The notes under the pieces are model-generated. The model was not told the origin of the DNA and did not search any database. It saw only the letters and a list, made by a program, of their open reading frames with translations. This document shows, in pieces, positions 1 through 13,359 of a DNA stretch of 64,000 nucleotides (the first letter of the stretch is position 1; every line of letters begins with the position of its first letter). Made by a program: the position numbers and the translations under genes. The stretch is from Octopus sinensis (Eukaryota). The stretch spans positions 60,078,001 through 60,142,000 of the forward strand of contig NC_043002.1 of NCBI RefSeq assembly GCF_006345805.1, in the 5' to 3' direction.

Positions 1-386
1 GTATTACTTTTACTGTAGACGTTGCAAGATTTAATGTTTTTGGCAAATGTCGTTTGACTTCCGCATCAAGGTTTTTTAAAACACCAGCATATTCACCTAA
101 CGCGTCCTTTTCATCCAAATACCTTTAGGTTTAATTGATAGCTTCTTCCTAGACATCTGAAAATGAAAGTAAAGCAAACCGCAATGGCGTTTTAAAGAAG
201 AAATGGCCCACGTAAGATTTGCTTTACGAGAGCGGAAAATATGTTTTATTCCTTTGGATATAATAATGAAATTGAGATGGAAAATTGGACTGAGGAAGAG
301 TAAGTAATGCACACACACATACACAGATACCCATACACAATCTCAATTATTGAATAGTTGCTACTGCCACTGAGATCTGCACCCGC

Positions 387-526
387 GCATAACCTGAGTA
401 TCCGTAACACGGGGATGCCCGTGATACTAATCACCATTTATGATCTATTTAAATACACTATATACACATCAAAGACAAATATAATATAAGGCAGTGGGCA
501 TCGATGTGGCCGGTCTTGACCCCTGT
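387..526 (-). promoter_or_regulatory. Putative core-promoter-like module, copy 1
   Basis: Minus strand: AGGGGTCA, CTTTGATGT (TCF-like), TATTTAAA (455-448), TTAGT 27 nt downstream; block-wise similar to 1602-1742. Confidence 0.35.
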
Positions 527-924
527 AACTCTCTAATTTGTCCAAAAACGCACACACAGATACACTTGCACGTACGTAGAATGATAGCTGTTGAAGCAAG
601 TTCGATTAAAAACATTGTTGGTTTGATAGTGAGGATAGTGTGGGTTTCATTGGTTTAGATGTTAGTGATTGTACGCGGACGTTGTTGCGGGTGTAGCGGT
701 CATATTGTTCTTGCTAATTGTATTGTGGCGGCTGTTTACTTTTAAGTCAATCCTCACAGACCTAAGATCAAAGTCATTCAGTCAACTTTTAAAATACGCT
801 ACAGAGTACCACGTTATATGTTTTCCTTTGAAACGTATTTTATCACCTACTAATATAACTGTTGCTGTTGTTGGTTGTATTGGTGTTGATGAGGGAAATA
901 TACACGTACACATATACAGACATT

Positions 925-982
925 CATAATAGTAGTAGTAGTAGTAGTAGTAATAATAATAATAATAATATTAATAATAATA

Positions 983-1034
<52 letters not shown>

Positions 1035-1395
1035 TTTAGAATATAAATATATACACATACATGCATGTATGTATATATATATATATATATATGTTTAATA
1101 TGTTATAATAATAATAATATATATATACACACATACATACATGCATGTATGTATATATATATATGTATATATGTATGTTTATATATATGTATATATGTAT
1201 ATGTGTATATGTAGTCATATATCCATATGCATATATAGTATGTATATATATATATATAATACATATATCTAATATATATAATATAATATATATATATATA
1301 TATATATACATACATGCATATATACACGTATATACATACATACTTACATTATGTGCATTACATATACAAGTGTATATGTGTTTGTATATATGTGA
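925..1395. repeat. (TAG)n/(TAA)n then compound (TA)/(TACA) microsatellites
   Basis: Direct reading. Confidence 0.95.
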
Positions 1396-1601
1396 GTAAT
1401 GTGATGTTGTTTTTTTTCAAATCGTTAACTATATACTTTGATCTGAGCTAAAACGCAAGTAGCCATTGGGTTAAGATGAAAGTGTAGTTTTAAATTGTTA
1501 ACAGTTTAAAACGACGCAATCCAAGTTCCCGTGAAAGCGAAATTACAGACCGTATCCCGAAATGAATTATCATACTTTGCAATTTCCTCAAACGCAACAT
1601 C

Positions 1602-1742
1602 GCATAACGTGAGTAGCCGTAACACGGGGATGCCTGTAATACTAAGACCCATGTACGATCCGTTTAAATACACTACACACACATCAAAAACGGATATCCT
1701 ATTAGCCAGTGGCCATCAAACTGGTCGGTCTTTGACCCCTGT
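1602..1742 (-). promoter_or_regulatory. Putative core-promoter-like module, copy 2
   Basis: Same motif blocks at a constant offset of 1215-1216 bp from copy 1; TATTTAAA at 1670-1663. Confidence 0.35.
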
Positions 1743-2046
1743 GGCTCTTAAAGCCGCCGAGAAACACGTGAAACGATTTTGACCATTAATGATGTTGAGT
1801 TGAGTTAATTGCCAACTAAATCTGGAAGATCGTGGGCAACTTATGGCTAAATCTCACAAATTTCCACCTAAGTATCGATGAAATAACTAGTATCAAATAA
1901 ACACCCATTTCACATTAAATATTCGGACTACCACAATTTAATAATACAGCAATTTTATTGTTCTTTACGAATTTTGCAAAATATTTTCGTTTAATTTCCA
2001 TAAATATATTTTCGATGTCATAATTTCATTATACATGTGATAACGA

Positions 2047-2955
2047 AAGCGGCAAGTTGGCTGAATCATTAGTACGCCGAGCAGTATTTCGTCTGTGTTT
2101 ACGTTCTGGGTTCAAATTCCATCGAAGTCGACTTTGCCTTTCATCCTCACGGGTTGATAAATTAAGTACCAGTTACGCATTGGGGTCGATGTAATCGACT
2201 TAATCCGTTTGTCTGTCCTTGTTTGTCCCCTCTATGCTTAGTCCCTTGTGGGCAATGAAGAAACAGATACATTAAGTAGCAGTTGCGTACTTGAGTTGCT
2301 CTAATCCACTGGCTCCCTCCCCAAGAGTTTCGGGCCTCGTGCCTACATTAGAAAAGATATGTGCTAACTAAAGCGGCGAGCTGGCAGAAACTTTAGCACG
2401 CCGGGCGAAATGCTTAGCGGTGTTTCGTCTGCCGCTACATTCAGAGTTCAAATTCCACCGAGGTCGACTTTGCCTTTCATCCTTTCGGGGTCGATTAAAT
2501 AAGTACCAGTTATGCACTGGTGTTGATATAATCGACTTAATACGTTTGTCTGTCCTTGTTTGTCCCCTCTATGTTTAGCCTCTTATGGACAATAAAGAAA
2601 TAAGAAACTTTAGGACGCCGGGCGAAATGCTTAGCGGTATTTCGTCTGCCGTTACGTTCTGAGTTCAAATTCTGCCGAGGTCGACTTTGCCTTTCATCCT
2701 TTCGGGGTCGATTAAATAAGTGCCAGTTACGCACTGGGGTCGATATAATCGATTTAATCCGTTTTTCTGTTCTTGTTTGTCCTCTCTGAGTTTAGCCCCT
2801 TGTGTGTAGTAAAGAAATAGGTATTTCGTCTGTCTTTATATTCTGAGTTTAAATTAAAAAAAGGTCGACATTTCTTTTTATTCTTTCGGGATCGCTCTAA
2901 TCGACTGCTTCCCTCCCCAAAAATTTCGAGCTTTGTGCGTAGAGTAGAAAAGAAT
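2047..2955 (+). mobile_element. Cluster of tRNA-derived SINE family A copies including a head-to-tail multimer
   Basis: Head gcggcgagctggcagaa...gagttcaaattcc (A/B-box-like); body gaggtcgactttgcctttcatcc repeated about 4 times; tail ctccccaa...tagaaaag. Confidence 0.85.
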
Positions 2956-3585
2956 ATATAAGGTAACTGAGCATTTTAGTGAGTAATTTAAGAATTATGT
3001 CCAAACCGATTAAATGACCTCATGTACTATCATAGTATTATTGAATTATTGTACATCGCTTTGCGATGAAGTTATTTTTGAATACAGAACACAGCTCACC
3101 CCATTCTGTGTTACAATAACTTAAACATCATATTTGATCTCGATGTTTTGATATTCAACCTATCCAGATCTTGTTGTAGGTCTAATCTCTTTGTTTGTTA
3201 ACCGTATGTTACTTTGTACATTGTAATAATCCTAGTTTCCAGTATATCAAGGTTATAACCTCAAATGTTTATTTTTCACTCTTATGAAACAAACGTTTCT
3301 TTCAGAAACTGACCTAAAAATTATTAGGTTTAAAGAGTAACTGTTTCAAGCTGGCCAACCATATGGTGATGCGTATTGAGAGATAGTTATTTCCTCGAGA
3401 AAATGCCCAGAAAGTTAAAATTACATACACATACTGCGTGTTTGACCGCTTATTTTTGGTGAATTTGTGCTGTATTTGCGAAATTTGCGTTTGATTGTCC
3501 GCGCGTGGAGGCTTATATTCCATGACGCTTTTCTGAAAATCTTTGACACTAGAAAGATACATGCACGTGAGCATACACCTATAAA

Positions 3586-3622
<37 letters not shown>

Positions 3623-4559
3623 TAAAACGGTAAGATAACAAAAGAAAGAAAGAGACCTCAATATTATGTAAATAGAGGAAATTTATCTATAAAATAATAT
3701 GTTACATTACTCAATAGTCAAGGTAAAACTCTGAGTTTCAGATGCCGAAGTGGAAATCCACAACACCATCTCTTCGGTTATCTGGCTATCTGAATAACGC
3801 TATGAAAAAATACCGTTATATAAAGGGAAATTACTGTATTATAATTCTGCTCGCGAACCCACGTACGTACTTATACGTCACTATGAAAACGTACACATCT
3901 TTACTCGCATTTTTCGCCAAATATATACGCATATATATACAACCTCATACACACACCCATGCGTACCGTAAAAGTTCATACATACGTCTATATACGCACA
4001 AACACAAGAAAAACCATGGTTAAAGATAACAGAAAAAAATATATATAATAAGGAAGTATACAAAGCATAAAAACCACGTACATATACGGATAAGCCCCTA
4101 TGCACTCATACACACACACGCCCAAATATGTACATACCCGCACATATTTATATACGCATACATACACACGCATATACAAAATTTGAATATACATATGTCG
4201 CCACCAAAAAAACTTTTTGAAAAATACTAAGTAAAAACGTCTATATATATATGTGCATTCTTATGCCCGCACACACGCACACAGCTAAAAATTGCCCACT
4301 CATACATATTCACACACGTGTATAAATGAATCTATATACACGTCTATGTAGGCACAGGAAAAAATGCAGGATAGAAAAGTACAGAAAAATTATTATGTGT
4401 GAAAATATAAAAATATGAAAAAATATATGATAAAAAGTATAGTGAGATAAAAAAACTTTTTGGGACATAACATAGAACTCATGTTCTATCTGTTTTCTTT
4501 AGGGGATCAAAAACGTAACAAAAATTTAGCCACATGTATATATATATATGTATATATAT

Positions 4560-4750
4560 ATAGTTAATCCAAACATGAAAACACAACAACGCGAGGACGT
4601 GGAACAAATATAGTATTATTGGACGCTCAGGAAGGAAGGGAAGAAGGAAGGTTTTACGTTTCAAGCGGAGCTCTTCGTCAGAAACATAGGAAAAGAAAAG
4701 ATCCAGAGAAGGTAAGACGGAGGGAAAAAAATCGGCAACAGTACACACGC
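4560..4750 (-). mobile_element. Short Penelope-type terminal repeat in (TA)n; second copy at about 31960-32130
   Basis: Near-identical tagttaatccaaac...gatccagagaagg segments, both abutting (TA)n and carrying a hammerhead-like motif. Confidence 0.7.
4651..4685 (-). ncRNA. Minimal type I hammerhead-like motif
   Basis: gttt-CTGACGA-a-gagc/gctt-GAA-ACGT-A-aaac (cleavage triplet GUA). Confidence 0.6.
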
Positions 4751-4759
4751 GGTCACATT

Positions 4760-4825
<66 letters not shown>

Positions 4826-4834
4826 ATATATATG

Positions 4835-4950
<116 letters not shown>

Positions 4951-5089
4951 TGCATATATATATATCAAACGCACACACACGATAACTAGATAAATAGATA
5001 GATAGATAGACCGATTGGTAGATGTATTTATTTATGAATGTATGGTTCTATGTAAGCATATATGTATATCAAAATCAGAGACCGATCAC

Positions 5090-5760
5090 ATCGTATCACC
5101 GTATCGATTAAGAGGTAGATTTCCTCAGAACATAACCAAGATTCAATTCAAGGTTGTATTTATTTCTTTTACGTTGATATTATCTTTTAGAAAGTCATAA
5201 AAGCAACGAATCCATTTACTCTCCTCAAACACTTGCCTATCTTTGCTTTCGTATTTATCTTTGATCACATAAGCTTAAACTATCGACACTTGCATGGATA
5301 CAGTTTTTCTCTACTTGTGGATATTTTATAGAAATATTCTAATAGTTCTTTGATTATTCAATTAAAAGTTGGTTTCTCACTTCGATCTCTATTGATGTAT
5401 CTGAAATATATTCCCAGTCGGTCTATTCACAAATCAGAGAAAATATTTTGTTCACAAAGTCTTTTGGTCAACAGTCAGTATAACTTTAACCTTGCAAAGC
5501 TTATAGCCATTGTGCTTGTTTACTCTTCCAGATCTAATAGCGATTTTTTTTAGTTTTCTTCTGTACTTTTTCTCACATAGAACGTGACATCCTTGCCCAT
5601 CTCGATGCGTTTGGTTCTTACTCTTATAATATTCTCCCCACCTCACACTAATAAATATTTCTCCTTTATCTGCAGCTCCGCAATATATTTTGTCCACAAA
5701 GTGGGGAGATGGCAGATTCTTTAGAACGTTCACCAAAATTCTTTCGTCTGTCATCATGTT
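5090..5760 (-). mobile_element. Old RTE-like LINE reverse-transcriptase remnant
   Basis: SVRWGEYYKSKNQTHRDGQGCHVL resembles the RT RQG-C-LSP region; heavily decayed. Confidence 0.4.
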
Positions 5761-5920
5761 CTGTGCTCAAATTCCTCCATGGTTCAATTTGCATTTTATT
5801 TTTTCTGGGGTTAATACAAGTAAGTACCAGTTGAAAACTGGGGTCGATTTAATCGACTTACCTCCTCCCCCGAAATATCTGGCATTGTCACAAAATTTAA
5901 AATCAACATATTGCATACAT

Positions 5921-6150
5921 AAAGCGGTGAGCTGGCAGAATCGTTAGGACGCCGGTCGAAATGCTTAGCGGTATTTCGTCTACTGTTACGTTTTGAGTTC
6001 AAATTCCGCCGAGGTCGACTTTATCTTTCATCCTTTCAGGGTCAATTAAATGAGTACCATATGTGCACTGGGGTCGATCTAATTGAATTAATCCGTTTGC
6101 TTGTCCTTGCTTGTCCCTTCTATGTGTAGCACAGTGTGGGCGATAAATAG
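5921..6150 (+). mobile_element. SINE family A
   Basis: Same head and body as 2371-2600. Confidence 0.85.
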
Positions 6151-6250
6151 GTAAATGTATTGCACCCATGTGAATTTCCTACTGGTCTCCATTCTCTCTG
6201 CAATTGTCTTTCACTTTCCTCAACTTTGCCAATTTTGATATATGTAATGT

Positions 6251-6289
<39 letters not shown>

Positions 6290-6291
<2 letters not shown>

Positions 6292-6481
6292 GGGAAGGTT
6301 TACGAAAATAAACAAAAGACGAAGGCAGGTGGAGTACAAACAAACGAATGTATTAGTATGGCGCTCAGGAATAGAAATAGAACAAGTCTTTTACGTTTCG
6401 AGCCTACGCTCTTCGACAGAAAGATACACAGAAAAGAAACAAGGAGAGAAAAAATGCGTGTAGGAGCTAACGGTCTATCAT

Positions 6482-6482
<1 letters not shown>
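6290..6482 (-). mobile_element. Short Penelope-type terminal repeat; related fragments near 25185, 40905 and 43745-43900
   Basis: Shared gtttacgaa..aaacaaaagacgaag.caggt segment; flanked by (TA)n. Confidence 0.65.
6387..6424 (-). ncRNA. Minimal hammerhead-like motif, core variant CUGUCGA
   Basis: tcttt-CTGTCGA-a-gagc(gtag)gctc-GAA-ACGT-A-aaaga. Confidence 0.5.
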
Positions 6483-6542
<60 letters not shown>

Positions 6543-7836
6543 CATACATACATACATATGTGTGTGTGTGCGTGTGTCCATTTACCCTGACTTTAAATTT
6601 TGTCTATGTACTCGTTATCTCCTACATCGCTCGATCTAGCCCACATAGTCTTTTATCCCACTTCATATGATCCAAACATTGTTACAAATACTAAAACTTA
6701 CTGACGACGTCTCCAGCCATACAGCTCCTAATATGGAACACACTGCTACAAATTAAAGTCTCCCCCATCAGTCCAAATTTTCGTCACCGCATTATTTTTT
6801 TTACTTATTCAACACATTATTCACAGTTTTGCTGGCATTTATAACTCATAATAAATCATTTATCAATTTAATCTCTCTAGAAACATGAACACACTAAAAG
6901 TCTAGGCTCTTACCTCATGACATATACAATTTTAATTCTGCGAGACAGTGTTGGAAATGATTGATGTGTTGGACATGTGATTTCGCTGATGAGCTGACGA
7001 TATATTAGGCCGTACGCGCTGAACAAAATTCTAGCAGTAATTAATTGCAACTTGAACCAAACCTCGACTTATTTAGCTTTCCTTTTTTCAGAGCCCAATA
7101 AAATAATTACTGTTGAAGCACCGGAACATCGTATTGAAGTGAATCTCAAAGAAAACCTCATCAATTTCGTTTCCTAATGTAAAAATTATTTCTAATATTG
7201 AAATACTGGATCAAATCATACATTCTCCGTTTGAACCAGCGAGTACACTCCAGGGCTGGTGATTTCGTTTGATAATACCCATGGAGGAAGCAAGCTCAGT
7301 TATTGTGTTTCGGGCTGGTTAATTGACAGAAACATTATTTGTCTTCGGCTGTAAAACAAAAACACATTCCCCGCCCCAACATGTTGCATCTTCCATGGAT
7401 GTATTCAAATGAAATCACGCTCGTTTACTCGCAGGTGCAAAGGATAAATGATTTTAAAAGACCAAACATGATATTTAGCCTGGAGGACAATGCTGCCTCC
7501 ATGAACTTCGATATTCCTTCGGCACAGTTATGGACGCTGTCAATGTTTCACTTTAATACTTGTCGGTTGACAGTTATAAGAGAAGACATGGGCAAGTGGG
7601 GGATACAAAATAACCGAGTTTGTGAGAGGAAAAAGACGAGGCAATGGGGCCGGAGTGACAGATATAACATGTACCTTAAGTGGTGTACAACAGGATTAAG
7701 CCGTTCCATAGGGTATTCACCACTAAGGAAGCGGGACTAAATGATGAATGAAAAGTATCACGTTTGATTTTGAAATTTTCACTAAGGACCTCAGACCAAT
7801 CTGTCGAGAGGGGATTCCGCTGTTGTGTAGGATGTC

Positions 7837-7886
<50 letters not shown>

Positions 7887-8078
7887 AGTATAACAGGAGT
7901 ATGGTACATTGGTGGGAAGAGAGGCAGACACGGTTGTCTGTTAAGTGGATTGTTTCCCAACCACACAGCCTCGATTTCAGTCCCCGTGCGCGGTACATTG
8001 GGGCAAATTTATTTCACTTTTGCCCCGGGCTAGGGACTTTAGTCTATACATACATACATACATACATATTATATATAT

Positions 8079-8158
<80 letters not shown>

Positions 8159-9130
8159 CATATGATATATACACATACATACGTACATATACATATATAC
8201 ATATATATATATATATAACACACACACACACACATATATATATATACACATACATACGTACATATATATATATATACCTATGTATATATGTACTATATAT
8301 ACTTATATGTGTGTGTGTATATATGTGTCATTGCGCTTGTCTCTCCAAAGTTTCCGTCTCTATAACCTGGCAATTCAGTATGGGAGAACGATAGAATAAG
8401 TCCTAAACTTAAGAGATTATACTGTTGTCTATGTACTCAATTAAACTATCGAAGACAATGTCCCTGCATGGCTGCAATCCAACGATCAAAAGAAATAAAA
8501 GCTAAAGGAGAAACGATGTTTTTTTTCTTTTTGTTATTTGTACGTCTTCCAAAACTGATGAATATCGATGAAAGTGTCCTCAAAAACTGACGTGCTATTG
8601 CGAAACCATACGTTTAGACTAAATACGTCGAGTAGTATGAACAGTTCCAATGTCCCTCAAGGACTAGAGGACTTCAATAAAAAGATGCAGGACTGTTGGC
8701 GAACACTTTCAAATCGTTAGATGTAGATTTTTTAAGCTACAGGCGCATATAAAAAGGCGATGAGGTGGCAGAATGGTTAGCACATCGGAAGAAATGCAAC
8801 ATTTTAAACCGTTTCTTTACGTTCGGAGTTAAACTTCCACCTAGGTTGACTTTGCCATTCGTCTTTTCGGGGTCGATAAAACAAAGTATCAGTCAAATAT
8901 AAGATTCAATGTAATAAATTTGCTTCCTCCTTGGACTCAGCGACTTTCGGGGCTTTGTTCTGATCTCGATGAAAAACGGGAAACTGGCATTAAACGCCCT
9001 AAGATTTGAGGAAAAGAAATAGAAAATACTCAGATACATATCATAGGAAAGAGAGATAAAAGCAACGATACAGGATTTGGGTGGGTATTAGATAAGAGAA
9101 ATGTTAATATATAGGCCTTTCTAGTAAAGA

Positions 9131-9338
9131 TAACATGGCAGTCCTGGTTTAGGACTTATGTTGCTGTAATTTCGCCCCAGAAGATATCGTTTCCAACTGG
9201 CTATATGACACGATGTTTGCCCTTATATTTTCGAACATATATAAGGATTACACATCGTGTCATATAGCTAGCTGGACACGATGTCTCCTGGGGCTAAAGT
9301 ACAGCAACATTCGTCCTAAACCAGGACTGCCATGTTAT
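9131..9338. mobile_element. Fold-back MITE with TA flanks
   Basis: Arms acatggcagtcctggtttaggac...gacacgatgt and acatcgtgtc...gtcctaaaccaggactgccatgt, each about 85 bp, bounded by TA. Confidence 0.8.
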
Positions 9339-10739
9339 GTTGGCAAACAATACTTACTACAAAGTATTGTTGCTGAATATCTCACGTTGTGAGATTTAAA
9401 ATTGATAATTTTCTAGAGACGTTTCTAATAACAACACAGGTGCTGAACGCCCAGAAAATGTAAAAGTAGTTACAGAGAATTATACATCCAAAAAATTTGC
9501 TTGGCATTGAAACATACATTATAAAACGTCCAGCAGTATGTCTGTGTCATTGCTTTTCGTATTTAAGAGCTCATTCGTGAATTCTTGTTGTTTTCATTTC
9601 TCATTAGCTGAAGTTTAAATTAGAGAGACACAACCCATCATTAATAACGCTAAAGTCATTATCGTATTATTTTTCTTTTAGACAATCTTTCTTCTCTTGC
9701 ATAACTGAATGTACCCAACCTTGCTTAAAACCTCTCCTTGTGATCTACAGGAGAGTGATCAGCTAATATTTAGCAGGATGAGACGACCATGCAGAGGTGC
9801 GTTAATTTCTAACTCGTGAAGTGCAGATAGATGCAAATGTTAAGCTCCGAGTCAGACCTGATCATGTGGTCCTAGATTAGAGGTAACTAGCACTCCGTCA
9901 AATACGACGATGAGATTTTAGCTGATCGATTTTAAAAAAATAGCTTGCTTGTGACATCAACGTGAAGATGGCTGAGACGCGTACCCTCCACACACAACAG
10001 AGACGCATATCCTCGACATAATTCTCAGGGAAATTGAGCGTAAGAAACAATGAGACAAGCGTGGTTCTTTGAAATGCAGGCACTACTCATTTTTGATAGC
10101 TGAGTGGACTGGATCAAAGTGAAATAAAGTTTTTCACCCAAGGATACAAAGTGCCACAAGAATCGAGGTAATGAAACTTTGAATGAATAGCCATAATGTT
10201 TATGGTGTCTACGATTGCATGATCTCATACTCTCTTCCTATTCTCAAGACAAATAGAGCGAAATTACGGCAACCATTGCTGCGTTTTCTAGCATATAGAG
10301 CGACCAGTCTGAGACGTGCACGTTGGCTCACTTTTTCGGGTTATAAGATATGGGAAAAAACTGTTATCTCTTGATTTCTTGAGAACAAATGTATTGTTCA
10401 GTTTTTGCGTGCAGTTGAAATGTCAAGTAAACCTGAGGAATTGTGGAGCAAGATCAGTCATATAATGAGATTGGCTGATGTGATGCATGTGCCAGCAAAG
10501 AGGGGTGGGGGTCATAATTGTTTTTATCTCGTTGCATAATTTCTGTATTTTGTGGAGATTGAATTTTGGCATGTTGAATGGCCCCAGCTGAAATTTAGGT
10601 CCATCAATACCAAGTAATTTGTTACATTCACTCAGATACACATGCCCACCTATACGAACATATAAAGATACAGCAACGCACGGACGAGCTCACACATACT
10701 GTGGGGCTGGGTGCGTCTGAACCGAGGTATTATATATAT

Positions 10740-10777
<38 letters not shown>

Positions 10778-10778
10778 C

Positions 10779-10811
<33 letters not shown>

Positions 10812-10812
10812 G

Positions 10813-10852
<40 letters not shown>

Positions 10853-10967
10853 ATATATATATATATATATTTATAAGTATATATAAAAATACAAATATAT
10901 ATATGTATGTGTGTGTATGTGTGTATCTATAATGCATTCATATATATATATATATACATATATATAC

Positions 10968-11026
<59 letters not shown>

Positions 11027-11052
11027 TGTATTATAGATACACATACACACAT

Positions 11053-11094
<42 letters not shown>

Positions 11095-11167
11095 GCATAC
11101 AGGCACTCATACACACATATAGGGTTATATATTGGCACAAATACATATATATATGTGTTTTTATATA

Positions 11168-11216
<49 letters not shown>

Positions 11217-11713
11217 TATATATATATATATATGTAATATATACAAACATACAAACAAATCGCGTACACACGTATATCTTATTGTGGAAGCAATTTGTTT
11301 GGCAGTAAAAATAACACACCTATATCGTCCGACTTTTCCACAAAGGAAATTATTTCCGAAAAACAACTGGGAATAATCGCCGAAGAAAGATGCCACATTT
11401 TATCCATCAGGTACTTTATATACGTGATAGAACGAATTGCGTGTTTTCAGCAATGATGATATATAAATGCTAATACGAAAAGCACTGATCTTTTGATTAA
11501 CAAGTTATATTTGGGCTATACAAATATGGCGGCATTTGTAGTTGTTCCGCTGATGCTACGTTACATGAGTTTGATAGATATTGGAAAACGCTGTGCCAAT
11601 ATCTGTTCGAATATGTATTGTGTTTTTGCAGAATATCTCCGTATAAATAGCTTTAATGTATTTTCAAATGTCTTACTTCTCTGTTGACAGTTTTTCATAG
11701 CGTCATATGTGTA

Positions 11714-11776
<63 letters not shown>

Positions 11777-11844
11777 ATATTATATATTATATATATATAT
11801 TATATATATATATTATTATTATTATATAATATATATTATATATA

Positions 11845-11894
<50 letters not shown>

Positions 11895-11901
11895 TATATA
11901 T

Positions 11902-11961
<60 letters not shown>

Positions 11962-12019
11962 CTAGATAGCGAGATAGATACATACATATATATATATTAT
12001 GCATATACCTATTTATATG

Positions 12020-12074
<55 letters not shown>

Positions 12075-12075
12075 A

Positions 12076-12340
12076 AATGGGTAAAGACCCCCTTCGGTCA
12101 TGAATGACCATGGGATTGCACCTAGAAAGTTACCCTCCTAGACACAAGTCCGGGCAAGGTTGTTTATGGAAGGCTAGCAGTCGCCCATGCATACCAGCCT
12201 CCCCTCTCCACGCCACCAGTGTTATCCAAGGGAAAGACAAAGGTCGATACAGCTTGGCACCTGTGACGTCGCAACTCATTTCTACAGCTGAGTGAACTGG
12301 AGCAACGTGAAATAAAGTGCCTTGCTCGAGAACACACACG
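12076..12340 (-). mobile_element. CORE-like SINE family C, 3-prime part
   Basis: Matches 41175-41481 and 43517-43688. Confidence 0.8.
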
Positions 12341-12580
12341 CAATATAGATATTATATATATTGAGGTTATAAGAGGTAATGTTTTCATTGAGACCCAAAG
12401 ATATCAGGTAATGCTGAATAAGTACTATAGACAGATCATAGTTAAGTTCCAGGTTCGGCAACTTTGCGAATAAGGGGTTCAAAGTTGGTTATATGTCAGC
12501 GTGTGTATATAAGAATTTTTTGCGTAAGAGATAAAAAAAAAACACGGTTGTATAGATATTAGAACATTTATAGATAGAAG

Positions 12581-12632
12581 GTCTTACAGCTGTTTCCAGT
12601 ACATTTATTAATTATATCCCTTCATCGGAGAC
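12581..12632 (-). ncRNA. Type I hammerhead-like motif, helix II degraded
   Basis: gtct-CCGATGA...GAA-ACAGCTGT-A-agac; palindromic helix III; GUA. Confidence 0.55.
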
Positions 12633-12730
12633 GGTGTGAGAGGATGGTTAAGTAATAGTTAATTTAGATAGGATACAAAATAATGAGGTGGAGGAAAGGA
12701 ATTAGATGCGTGATTAATAGGTATATTGAA

Positions 12731-12936
12731 GATGTAGTGCTATTTGTTTGGCAGAGTGGTATATATGTAAGATCCCAATACCTTATGAGTAAAATCCAAC
12801 AGAATATAAAATGGGTCATTCCAAATATAGAGTTTATACACAATGTAAGATTCCAATGCTTTATTCTGGATTTTACTCATAAGGTATTGGAATCCTACAT
12901 ATATAGCATTCTGCCTAAAAAAAATAGCTCTACATC
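12731..12936. repeat. Imperfect inverted repeat with arms of about 70 bp
   Basis: gatgtag...ccaataccttatgagtaaaatcca versus tggattttactcataaggtattgg...ctacatc. Confidence 0.8.
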
Positions 12937-13327
12937 TACAAGTCATGTTCATACCTTTTTTTAATATTGTTAAATGTTATAAATTATTTATAAAGTATAG
13001 TATAATTATAGCGTTTTTATCTATGTAGTAAATTTATTTTATGATTTGAAACCTGAAGAGTGGATTTGTATCGTTCAATCAAAGAAATATTAAGTTCTGA
13101 TATCGATTTTGATATGGTAGATCCGTATACATAGTCACGGAACGTGCGTCGTCGTTTTAATGTGTATTTTTAATATATATTATTTAGTATAGAATTTTAG
13201 CACGATATTAATAAGAAAATCGTTTTAATGTGTAGAAATTTTTAGTACAACGTTAATAATAATATATTCAAATTTATATATCTTTCAGTATTAATTGAAA
13301 TAATTTATGGAGGTGTTATCTCTTAAT

Positions 13328-13359
<32 letters not shown>

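Noticed and set aside
669-929. ORF with a transmembrane-like N-terminus
   Set aside because: Derived from GTT/GGT-rich low-complexity sequence; no domain similarity or splice support.
7339-7740. 133-aa ORF in non-repetitive DNA
   Set aside because: No recognisable motif; TTG start; within chance expectation.
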